Shown here piece after piece: positions 20,326-29,167 of a stretch of DNA of 64,000 nucleotides. The position numbers were made by a program, and so were the translations under genes. Source of the stretch: Candidatus Binatia bacterium (GTDB lineage: Bacteria; Desulfobacterota; Binatia; HRBIN30). The notes under the pieces were generated by a model. It saw nothing but the letters and a program-made list of their open reading frames with translations. It ran no database searches and was not told the origin of the DNA. Every line of letters begins with the position of its first letter. The first letter of the stretch is position 1. The stretch spans positions 64,001-128,000 of the forward strand of contig JBBRSP010000009.1 of the NCBI GenBank assembly GCA_038245295.1, in the 5' to 3' direction.

Positions 20326-21614
20326 GCCAATGCCTCGACGGCGTCGAGAAACGGCCGCGCCTTGAGCAAGGTTTCTTGATACTCGCCTTCCGCGGTCGAG
20401 TCGGCGACGATTCCTCCGCCGGAGGGGTAGGTGATCGTTTGGCCCTGAATCGTCGCTGTGCGGATGGTCAACGCCAGCCGCAGGTCACCGCTGGGCCAGA
20501 GAATGCCCGCGGCGCCAGTGTAGAAGCCACGTGTCGACGGTTCGATTTCATCGATGATCTCCATGGCGCGGATCTTCGGAGCCCCGGTAATCGAACCACC
20601 CGGGAAGGTGGCTCGCAACAGCGCCGCAAGCCCGATCTCGGGCTTCAGCTCACCCTCGATCACCGACACCATGTGGTGCACGGCAGGAAAGGAACGTACG
20701 GTCGCAAAATCGCGGACCCGCACTGAGCCGATGGCGCAGACACGCCCGAGGTCGTTGCGCTCCAGATCAACGATCATCACGTGTTCGGCGCGCTCTTTCG
20801 GGTTGGTCGCGAGTTCCTCGACCAGCTGTTGATCGACTTCAGGATCGGCCGAGCGGCGGCGTGTCCCCTTGATCGGGTAGGTGGCGATGCGCCGACCTTC
20901 GAGCGCCAGGAGACACTCGGGAGAATTGGAGACCAATGCTAGGTCGTCACAGTCGATGCACGCCGCGAACGGCGCCGGATTTTGCCGACGCCACCAGGCG
21001 AACAGGTCGGCGGGTGAACCATCCCAAGGACACGAGAACTGCTGCGCCAGGTTGACCTGATAGATGTCGCCGGCAGCCAGGTAGGCCAAGGCTCGCTCGA
21101 CCGCTGCCAGGTACTCGGCCTTGGTCCAGTTCGACACCGCAGAAGTCGCGCTGCCCTGTGGGCGCCGACCCACCTCGGACGGCGGCACCACCGGTTCTAC
21201 GTTCAACGTCGGTAGCCCTGCGCCGTGCATACTCCACGTGCGACTGGCGTAATCGTGCTCGAGAACCGAATCATACGAAGCGGCATAGAGCAGCAACTGC
21301 CCCGTTGCCCCGACGCGCGAGGAGCGAATCCGTTCGATCGTCCGTCCCAGGTCGTAGCTGAGGGCCACCACGACGGCTGCCCTACCGAGGCCGAACTCGC
21401 GTGCCGCAAACGCCTCCAACTGAGTCAGGGGATCGGTATCGACCGGCGTTTGGCGCACAAGCAAGCGGGCGGCAGGGGTGTCGCCGTACCAGGCGCGCCC
21501 GACGCCCCACGAGGCATCGTTCCCACCATCGAGGACGAAGGCTCCACGCCGGCGCGCATAACTGGCAGCGACTCCCGAGGGCGGCGCGTCGAGCGCCAAA
21601 ACTTGCTTCCCCAT
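20322..21614 (-). CDS. pabB: Aminodeoxychorismate synthase component I (chorismate-binding family)
   Basis: GDIYQVNL, NSPE, PIKGT (PabB-type), KERAEHVMIVDLERNDLG, FPGGSITGAPK. Confidence 0.88.
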   Translation of the reverse strand: MGKQVLALDAPPSGVAASYARRRGAFVLDGGNDASWGVGRAWYGDTPAARLLVRQTPVDTDPLTQLEAFAAREFGLGRAAVVVALSYDLGRTIERIRSSRVGATGQLLLYAASYDSVLEHDYASRTWSMHGAGLPTLNVEPVVPPSEVGRRPQGSATSAVSNWTKAEYLAAVERALAYLAAGDIYQVNLAQQFSCPWDGSPADLFAWWRRQNPAPFAACIDCDDLALVSNSPECLLALEGRRIATYPIKGTRRRSADPEVDQQLVEELATNPKERAEHVMIVDLERNDLGRVCAIGSVRVRDFATVRSFPAVHHMVSVIEGELKPEIGLAALLRATFPGGSITGAPKIRAMEIIDEIEPSTRGFYTGAAGILWPSGDLRLALTIRTATIQGQTITYPSGGGIVADSTAEGEYQETLLKARPFLDAVEALA

Positions 21615-21684
21615 CTGATTCCTGCTTTTCGAGCGGAGCTAAACAGCGCCGCCGCGGCGATGCAACGCAACACCTCGGGTCAAG

Positions 21685-22800
21685 ATGAATTCCACTACCA
21701 CCGATCCTGCCTCTCCTGAGGTACGCTCGTTCGCCTGCGTCTATGGATCAGCCTACGCACCTTATGTCGAGTCCGTAGCCCAGGGACTCGTGCGGGCGGT
21801 CCGCGAACAAGGCGGTGAACTAGCGGTCCTGACGATCGAAGAGGCGCGACGACGACCGGATCGGACAGCCGACATCGAACGCCTCTACGTCCTGCCATTC
21901 GACCCGAAGACCGACGATCCGGCGGCCGAATTGAAGTATCTGTTTCCACGCGCCCAGCTGATCAATTCGATCCCGGCACAGGATCTTTGCTGGGACAAGA
22001 TTGCCACCCAGGAACGCCTGATCCAGCGCGGCGTGCCGACGCCAGATACGTTGATCACACAGGATGCGGGTGAATTTCGCGCCTTCGTCAAGAAACACGA
22101 GTACGTAGTTCTCAAGGAACCCAGCTCGTGCGCCGGCCAGGGACACTTCATCGTCTGGCTCGATGACGACGGTACGCTACTCGCCGACTGCGGCAGTCAT
22201 CAGTATCAGTTGCAGCTCGTCCCCACCGGCGCACCGACGCTGCGCGGCGACGTCCTCACCTACCCGATGCCGGTATATGCGCAGCGTTTGATCGCCGATC
22301 GCCACGCCAACGGCGTGCGGCCACCGAAGGTGCTGCGCGCTTATGTCGTCGACGGAGAGGTAGTGTTGGTCACCGAACGCTATCGTGATCACTACGAGCG
22401 GCCATCCGACTGGATCGTCAATGTCGCGCGCGGCGCGCGCTACCGCTTCGTGCTGAACCTGAGCAGCGAGCTGACCAAGATCGTCATGCGGGCCGCCGAA
22501 TCGATTGGCGCCCGCGTTGCCGCCGTCGACATCGTGCGCGCCACAAGTGCCGGCGCCTTTGTCCTCGAAGTCGACACCGACGGCTATCACATGTTCATCG
22601 ATCGACAGTTCAAAGAGATTCCGGAGTATCGCGACTTCTTCGATATCGACCGCCACATCGCGCGCGCCATCATGCGGCAGCCACCCGAACCGACGGTCCG
22701 GGCCATGTGGGCTCAAACACGCTCCGCCGCGGATATGGTCGAGACACGTCGCGCGCCGCGACCGCGCGACAATCGCCGCACCCCACGGCCGCGACGCTGA
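21685..22800 (+). CDS. RimK-like ATP-grasp protein
   Basis: DKIATQERL, GVPTPDT, VVLKE...GQG, RAYVVDGEVV, NVARGA, AVDI, VLEVD. Confidence 0.8.
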   Translation: MNSTTTDPASPEVRSFACVYGSAYAPYVESVAQGLVRAVREQGGELAVLTIEEARRRPDRTADIERLYVLPFDPKTDDPAAELKYLFPRAQLINSIPAQDLCWDKIATQERLIQRGVPTPDTLITQDAGEFRAFVKKHEYVVLKEPSSCAGQGHFIVWLDDDGTLLADCGSHQYQLQLVPTGAPTLRGDVLTYPMPVYAQRLIADRHANGVRPPKVLRAYVVDGEVVLVTERYRDHYERPSDWIVNVARGARYRFVLNLSSELTKIVMRAAESIGARVAAVDIVRATSAGAFVLEVDTDGYHMFIDRQFKEIPEYRDFFDIDRHIARAIMRQPPEPTVRAMWAQTRSAADMVETRRAPRPRDNRRTPRPRR

Positions 22801-22801
22801 G

Positions 22802-22838
22802 TCGCCGAGTCTCAGCCGCTCAGGCTGAGACTCGGCGA
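22802..22838. terminator. 16-bp perfect hairpin between convergent ATP-grasp gene and smpB
   Basis: TCGCCGAGTCTCAGCC-GCTCA-GGCTGAGACTCGGCGA. No U-tract, so terminator role is uncertain. Confidence 0.55.
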
Positions 22839-22863
22839 AGCTGGGTTCTGCGCATCACCCAGC

Positions 22864-23328
<465 letters not shown>

Positions 23329-23366
23329 GGTTTGTCTTCGCCTTCGGGATCCGACCGCAGTGAATA

Positions 23367-23696
23367 TCAGAAAATCGATTTCACCCAACCACCGTCGACG
23401 TCGATCGCGGTTCCCGTGATGAAATTGGCGGGCTCGGAAGCCAGAAAGGTAACGATCGCCGCAATGTCGTCCGGGCGACCGACGCCTCCCACCGGCAGCG
23501 GCCGGCGCGGGATGTAGTAGCGATTCACGAGGTCATCGATCGACATGCCGGTGATGTCGACGCCCTCCTCTTGCAACCGCTTCGCGGCGATCACCAGGTC
23601 GGCGCCTTCGCGTGCCAGCTCCGTGGCAATGCTGGCGCCGATGCCTCGACTGGCTCCGGTAACGAGAGCAACCTTTCCTTTGAGTCCGAGCTCCAT
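23367..23696 (-). pseudogene. SDR oxidoreductase with large in-frame internal deletion
   Basis: N-terminal TGASRGIG joined directly to C-terminal GRPDDIA...[11 protein letters not shown]. No NNAG or YxxxK. 109 aa. Confidence 0.85.
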
Positions 23697-23714
23697 GCGT
23701 CGCCCCTTTAGCGA

Positions 23715-23869
23715 TCACACCAGACAATAACCGCCGTCGGCAAACATCGTCTGGCCGGTTACGAAACGCGACTCACCACACGCCAGGGACACGGCGACCG
23801 GAGCGATGCAATTGACGGTGATGCCGCCGCGCCTGTGACAATCGCGACCTTCCCGCTGAGCCGGCCCAT
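23715..23869 (-). pseudogene. Second SDR remnant with two apparent deletions and a frameshift
   Basis: GGAGG RBS plus MGRLSGKVAIVTGAA, then a frame change into GITVNCIAP / VAVSLACGESRFVTGQTMFADGG. Confidence 0.8.
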
Positions 23870-23908
23870 GCATGCACCTCCGATGGTTTGAAAGCATACA
23901 AAACATCT

Positions 23909-24091
23909 CCGTCATTCCGGCGAAAGCCGGAATCTCCACCGCATTTCCGCGATTCCGGCCGAGGACATCCCGGCTTTCGAGTCTGTCGTAAAACCAAAGT
24001 GGAGCAACGTCATCCCGGTGAGAATCGGGATCTCCCAGTGCTGGAAGCCTCGAAAGCTGGCGAGATACCGGCTTTCGCCGGTATGACGGAG
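23909..24091. repeat. Cluster of GTCATTCCGGCGAAAGCCGGAATC-type palindromic repeats
   Basis: Forward copies near 23911 and 24009, inverted copy near 24062-24089, truncated inverted copy near 23963. Confidence 0.85.
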
Positions 24092-24261
24092 GTGTTGGCG
24101 CAGTTTCAAACGATCAATCAGAGAAAATCGACAGTCTCTTTTCGCCGGGATGACGTTGCCTACCCTTGGGAATCAAGCGGACCCACTGCAGAATCTACGA
24201 TCCGATTGATTCGTGCCCATGCCCGCCATCAATGATAAGCCCTCATCGAAAGGAGATCCCC

Positions 24262-25053
24262 TTGAGCGACTTGCTGTACGAGAAATCGGATCACATCGCG
24301 ATGATCACGCTGAATCGGCCAGAGCGTCTCAACGCCATCAGTATTGAGATGCTCGAGGCGTTGACGCAGCGTTTGAACGAAGCCGATCAGGACAACGACA
24401 TCCGGGTCATCGTTCTCACCGGTGCGGGACGCGGGTTCTGCAGCGGTCTCGACCTCAAGGAGGCGGCCCAGGGCAAAGGCATCGGCGGCACGTCGATGAT
24501 GAGCGGTGCCTCGCACATCGGGACGCGCACTCTGCCCACCGTCGTGCTGCACGAGATCGACACGCCCGTGATCTGCGCCATCAACGGCCCGGCGGCCGGC
24601 TACGGCCTCGATCTAGCCCTCGGTTGCGACATGCGGCTAATCGCCGACACGGCAAAGCTTCTTCCCGGCTTCGCCAAGCGCGCCATCATCCCCGAGAGTG
24701 GCGGCACCTGGTATCTGCCGCGCCTGGTCGGCTGGGCCAAGGCGTGTGAGATCGGTTTTCTCGCCGACGACATCCTACCAGCTCGAGCCCTCGAACTCGG
24801 ACTCGTCAACAAGATCATCCCGACGGCGGAGCTCATGACGGAAGCGCAAACGTGGGCCACGAAGATTGCCAACAATGCGCCGCTGGCGATTCGCGCCATG
24901 AAACGCCTGTATCGGCACGGCCTCAGCGAGGACTTCGATTCACACTCGCATCACGTGTTGATGCAGTTGATGCTGCTGTTCCGCTCGCAAGACTTCCAGG
25001 AAGGAATCCAGTCGTTCATGGAGAAGCGACCGCCGCAATTTCAGGGCCGGTAG
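24262..25053 (+). CDS. Enoyl-CoA hydratase/isomerase (crotonase family)
   Basis: ITLNRPERLNA, LTGAGRGFCSGLDL, AINGPAAGYG, DFQEGIQSFMEKRPP. AAGGAG before TTG. Confidence 0.94.
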   Translation: MSDLLYEKSDHIAMITLNRPERLNAISIEMLEALTQRLNEADQDNDIRVIVLTGAGRGFCSGLDLKEAAQGKGIGGTSMMSGASHIGTRTLPTVVLHEIDTPVICAINGPAAGYGLDLALGCDMRLIADTAKLLPGFAKRAIIPESGGTWYLPRLVGWAKACEIGFLADDILPARALELGLVNKIIPTAELMTEAQTWATKIANNAPLAIRAMKRLYRHGLSEDFDSHSHHVLMQLMLLFRSQDFQEGIQSFMEKRPPQFQGR

Positions 25054-25082
25054 GCGCAGGCTTCAGCCGGCTTCAGCCTGCG
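25050..25082 (+). repeat. GTAG-family REP with a 10-bp internal duplication
   Basis: GTAGGCGCA-GGCTTCAGCC-GGCTTCAGCC-TGCG. Its TAG is the stop codon of the hydratase. Confidence 0.85.
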
Positions 25083-25211
25083 GGGCGCTTCAGGCCGAGC
25101 GGAAGAGGAAGCTCCATGCCCGTGGTCCTGCAGACCGAAAGAAAAGGCGTGGTCTAATGCACGCACACGGGCTAGAGAAGCACGTGGAGGGAGAGGGGAA
25201 GACATTGATTA

Positions 25212-26573
25212 GTGCGTGATCAGCGACTCGATTTCTGGCGCGGCCTCTGCCTCGTCGACATGATTCTGGTGCACCTCGCCTGGGAGCATGTCGACTTTGG
25301 CCGCTTCGGCACCGATCTGGTGCTCCACTACACACGCTTCGCCGCTGGCGGCTTTGTCTTCATGGCTGGCTTCGGCGTCGGGCATCTCTTCCTGCCCAAA
25401 GCAATCGGCGACTGGCAGGCGCGTCGCACGGTGTACAATCGCCTGTGGCAGCGCGCCGCCGTCCTGCTCATGGTCCATTACATCGCCGCGCTGTCCTTCT
25501 GTGCCATGCAAGTCGAACGTGGTGTTTCGATCGGCACAGCGACTGGCCTGCCGTTGATGTGGCAGATCGTCACCTGGCAACGGATGCCGGAGTACGGTGA
25601 CATCCTGCCCCTGTATGTCGTCCTGCTGGCCGTCGTGCCCCTGGTCAACGAACTGCGCCGCTGGGCCGGCTGGACGAGTGTGGTCCTGCTCAGCGTGGGC
25701 CTCATGGTCCTGGGGCAACAACACCCGGGACTGCTGTCACCGAACGAAGCGGCAAGCTTCCCACCTCTTCTTTGGCAGATCTTCTTCTTCGTCGGCGCCG
25801 CCTGCGGCTGGCTCGAGCCGCGTTATCGCCGGCTGGTCGTAAGCCAGAAGACCATGCTGACGGGGCTCGCAGGGACGGCTTTCGCCTTGCTCTTCGTTGC
25901 CGCCAACGGACCGGCACTTGGCTGGATCCAGGAAGCGCCCTTCGGGCTGGTGTTTCGCAAGGATCCTCTCAGCGGCGGCGAGACAGCCTGGTACTTCGCG
26001 ATCTTCGTTGTCATCCTGATGGGCACCGACCTTGGTTGGACCTGGTTGCGCTCCAGTCAACCCGTGCAAGCGATCGTGCGCCTCGGTCGCCAGAGTCTCT
26101 CCGTCTATATCGCCCACGTCTTTGCGCAGACTGTCGTGCTCGAAATCATCTGGCGCTACCAAGCGGCGCCGGTGCAGCAGATGGCCTTGGTGTTATTGGA
26201 TCTCGTCGCGCTGTGGGCCTTGGCGTGGGTGCAGGACCAGCGCGCTGTCATCGAAACACGCGCGCTGCGTCCGGCATGGAACCATGTGCGTCGCTCGGTC
26301 CAATTTGCCCCGTTCGCGGTGGCCGCGTTCGCCGGCGTTGTCCTGTGGCACGCGCCGCAAACCGGCTCGCTCGGTCCAGCCGATGACGAGATCTCCGTTG
26401 CACAACTGATCGACGCTGAGCCCGCGATCTCGCCGACCGATCCCGAGACCACCCAGATCGAGGTATCCGGAGAACCGGACAACGGCGATCAGGCATCCGA
26501 CAGCTGGCTCGGCAACCCGCCGATGCCACTCGACGTGAGTGATAACGACAGCCCCGATACTCAGTCGCTGTGA
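25212..26573 (+). CDS. OpgC-domain multi-pass membrane protein (acyltransferase-like)
   Basis: RDQRLDFWRGL, FVFMAG, DILPLYV, WQIFF, LGRQSLSVYIAH. Acidic C-terminal tail. Confidence 0.8.
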   Translation: MRDQRLDFWRGLCLVDMILVHLAWEHVDFGRFGTDLVLHYTRFAAGGFVFMAGFGVGHLFLPKAIGDWQARRTVYNRLWQRAAVLLMVHYIAALSFCAMQVERGVSIGTATGLPLMWQIVTWQRMPEYGDILPLYVVLLAVVPLVNELRRWAGWTSVVLLSVGLMVLGQQHPGLLSPNEAASFPPLLWQIFFFVGAACGWLEPRYRRLVVSQKTMLTGLAGTAFALLFVAANGPALGWIQEAPFGLVFRKDPLSGGETAWYFAIFVVILMGTDLGWTWLRSSQPVQAIVRLGRQSLSVYIAHVFAQTVVLEIIWRYQAAPVQQMALVLLDLVALWALAWVQDQRAVIETRALRPAWNHVRRSVQFAPFAVAAFAGVVLWHAPQTGSLGPADDEISVAQLIDAEPAISPTDPETTQIEVSGEPDNGDQASDSWLGNPPMPLDVSDNDSPDTQSL

Positions 26574-26901
26574 TTCGGCTGCTCGGCGCCCAAGTCGGCT
26601 TGAGTCGGACCATTTGCAACCCCGGGCTCTGGATGGACGCTGAGTTGTTCCTGTGTCGCCGCCAAGGCGGCCCTTAGGGCGCCGAGGTCGGTGTCCTTCG
26701 CCGCCAACTGGTCGCCGAGTTTTCGCAGCTGCGCCTGCGCGCCGTCGAGATGTCTGTGTAACGCCGCCACCTGCACATGCTGCGCGTACCGCGATCGCGC
26801 CTGATTCGCAGGGCCAGGCCGCCGTAGCGATCATACAAGCCGACCAGCGCACGCCCCTCGCCGCAACGCAGCCCGAGCGCCAATTCATCCGTGTCCGACA
26901 C
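26561..26901 (-). pseudogene. Degraded ECF sigma factor N-terminus plus anti-sigma-like coiled-coil remnant
   Basis: DELALGLRCGEGRALVGLYDRYGGLALRIRRD resembles ECF region 1.2/2.1. Downstream frame encodes a heptad coiled coil. Confidence 0.5.
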
Positions 26902-27015
26902 GATCGCCTGTTCCGCTTCTTGCGTCTGCTTCTCCTACGGAATCCCGACGGGGTTAGATGTGTGCGGCCCAATTTGGCCGGCTCCGCCAAGCATGGTCCG
27001 CCTTCCCGCTGGACC

Positions 27016-27122
27016 CAATGGAAAACCGACGACCCAGAACCGACGACTGACAACAGATCCATCGGTCACCGATCCTATTGCGCATTGTCGGCTGTCGGCT
27101 CTGGGTCGTCGGTTTTCCATTG
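27016..27122. repeat. 107-bp element with 23-bp perfect terminal inverted repeats
   Basis: CAATGGAAAACCGACGACCCAGA (27016-27038) and TCTGGGTCGTCGGTTTTCCATTG (27100-27122). Confidence 0.85.
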
Positions 27123-27158
27123 CTCCCAGTGCCGCGGTGTCCTACCTGCAGTCCACCC

Positions 27159-29030
27159 ATGCGCGACAAGCTCCACACCTACCTGGGCGAACACCCGGAG
27201 GGCGCCGGCCCGCAAGAGCTGCTCGATTTGATTTTCGCGCCAGGCAGCCGCGATGCGGAGTTCGCTACACGATTTGTCCATACCCTGCTGGCCGAGGATC
27301 CGCGCTTCACCTGGTCGGAGAGCGACGGCCGTTGGCGCAGCACACGGCAAAACCAGTCGGCACAACAGATCGACGCCACCGACTTCGTTGTTGTCGATCT
27401 CGAGACGGCGGGCACCGTGGTGCACCCGGGATCGATCATCGAAATTGCCGCTCTGCGAATTCACGGCGGCAAGTCCATCGACCGCTTCCACACCTTGGTA
27501 CAGTCCACCATCCCCGTTGCGCCATTTGTGGCGCGGCTCACCGGCATCGATGCCGCGATGCTGGCCGATGCACCGCCCATCGCCGACGCCTGGCGAGAAT
27601 TCCGCGCCTTCATTGGCGTCGACATCGTACTGGCCCACAATGCCGCCTTCGAGGCGAGCTTCCTGGACGCGACGGCACTCGGCCTCGAAGGCACCAACTT
27701 CAGCAACCCGATCATCTGCACCTTCAAGCTGGCGCGTCAGCTGGTGCCGGAGTCGAGCAAACGCGGCCTCGACGCCCTCGCCGGTATCTTTGGTATTCCC
27801 CTCGTGCACCGCCATCGCGCCTATGGCGACGTGGCCATCACGGCGGAGATCTTCTTCCACCTGCGCGAGCGGCTGCGCGAGCGCGGCGTCGATCAACTGG
27901 CCGAGCTCGTCGCCCTGCAGAATCAGGCCAGTGACGGACTTCCATTTGAATGTCCCTTGCCGCGCTCCAAAGTGGATTGCCTACCGGCCGAGCCTGGAAT
28001 CTACCGCTTTTTCGATGAGACCGGCCGACTACTCTACGTCGGCAAGGCCAAGAGTCTACGCCAACGGGTCAGTAGTTACATGAGCAACTCCGGTGATCAC
28101 TCCGGCAAGACACTTGAGCTGATTCGCCGCGTCCATGATCTGCGTATCGAAGCCACCGGCAGCGAGCTCGAGGCCGCACTGGCCGAGGCAAGCGCCATCC
28201 GGCGCGAGCGGCCGCCGTACAATCGTCTGGGTAAACATCTGCCGCGCATCGCCTTCTTGAAGCTCACCAGCAACGATCCGTTTCCGCGCCTGATGATTAC
28301 GCGTCGCCTCGGAAGCGGCCGCGCGCCGTGCCTGGGGCCGCTACGCTCGCGCCCGGAGGCGGTGCGCCTGCTTGCCTTGATGGCGCGAGTCTTCCGACTG
28401 CGCACGTGTATCGGCCGCTTGCATCCCGACCCGGCGTTTACGCCGTGCCTGCAAGCCGACATCGAGGCGTGTACGGCACCGTGCGCCGCACGTGTCGACG
28501 AGGCTGCCTATGCGCAGCAGGTCGAGGAGTTTCTGACAGCGATCGGCCCTGGCCCCAGCAACCTGCGACGAGAGTTGTCGCGACGCCATCAGCAGGCCGA
28601 GGCGGAGAACGATTTCGAGCGCGCCGCAAGTGTGGCCAGCGACATCGAGTTCGTCGAGCGCATCCTACGGCGCCAGCGCAAACTCGGCTGGATCGGCGCC
28701 GGACAGAGCTTCCTCATGCTGCATCCGTTGCACGATGGCGGTGTGATCGCCGCCTATGCCGTGGTCTTCGGACGCCTGGTGGTGCAACGACGCATCGTCG
28801 ACGAATCGGAGATGGACGCTTTCGCCGAAGCCCTGTTGCCGTGTTTTCTGACGCCGCGCGCCGCGCTGCCGGAAGATGTAGACGGCGCGGTGATCCTGAC
28901 CGCGTGGCTGCGTGATCGCGGCGAGCGCGATGGCGCCGTGTTGGCCCTCGTTACGCCAGGCGAGACGGGCTGGGAGACGGCGCAGGTTGAGCAGTGGCGC
29001 AGCACCGTCGGCGCTCTGCTGGTCCGATGA
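27159..29030 (+). CDS. DEDDh 3'-5' exonuclease fused to a UvrC/Cho-like GIY-YIG nuclease
   Basis: VVDLET, AHNAAFE, HRAYGD. GIYRF...LYVGKAKSLRQRV. Cys cluster LRTC...PCL...CTAPC. Confidence 0.9.
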   Translation: MRDKLHTYLGEHPEGAGPQELLDLIFAPGSRDAEFATRFVHTLLAEDPRFTWSESDGRWRSTRQNQSAQQIDATDFVVVDLETAGTVVHPGSIIEIAALRIHGGKSIDRFHTLVQSTIPVAPFVARLTGIDAAMLADAPPIADAWREFRAFIGVDIVLAHNAAFEASFLDATALGLEGTNFSNPIICTFKLARQLVPESSKRGLDALAGIFGIPLVHRHRAYGDVAITAEIFFHLRERLRERGVDQLAELVALQNQASDGLPFECPLPRSKVDCLPAEPGIYRFFDETGRLLYVGKAKSLRQRVSSYMSNSGDHSGKTLELIRRVHDLRIEATGSELEAALAEASAIRRERPPYNRLGKHLPRIAFLKLTSNDPFPRLMITRRLGSGRAPCLGPLRSRPEAVRLLALMARVFRLRTCIGRLHPDPAFTPCLQADIEACTAPCAARVDEAAYAQQVEEFLTAIGPGPSNLRRELSRRHQQAEAENDFERAASVASDIEFVERILRRQRKLGWIGAGQSFLMLHPLHDGGVIAAYAVVFGRLVVQRRIVDESEMDAFAEALLPCFLTPRAALPEDVDGAVILTAWLRDRGERDGAVLALVTPGETGWETAQVEQWRSTVGALLVR

Positions 29031-29055
29031 CGCCTCAATTCGAGAAGGTGGCCCG

Positions 29056-29078
29056 GTAGGCGCAGGCTTCAGCCTGCG
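29056..29078 (+). repeat. GTAG-family REP
   Basis: GTAGGCGCAGGCTTCAGCCTGCG. Confidence 0.88.
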
Positions 29079-29111
29079 GAGTGCGCCGAACGCGAAGCCC
29101 ACCCCCTGTAC

Positions 29112-29144
29112 AAAAAAAGGGGCGGCCGTGAGGCCGCCCCTTTG
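29112..29144 (-). terminator. Rho-independent terminator (strongest for the minus-strand gene)
   Basis: A7-GGGGCGGCC-GTGA-GGCCGCCCC-TTT. Confidence 0.88.
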
Positions 29145-29167
29145 TGTTTCAAGGAACGAGGGATCGC

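Noticed and set aside
23909..24091. Possible CRISPR array
   Set aside because: Repeats alternate in orientation, are diverged and irregularly spaced, and no cas genes are present.
25150..25165. GG-N10-GC upstream of the opgC-like gene
   Set aside because: Correct spacing but poor match to TGGCAC/TTGC, expected by chance at this GC content.
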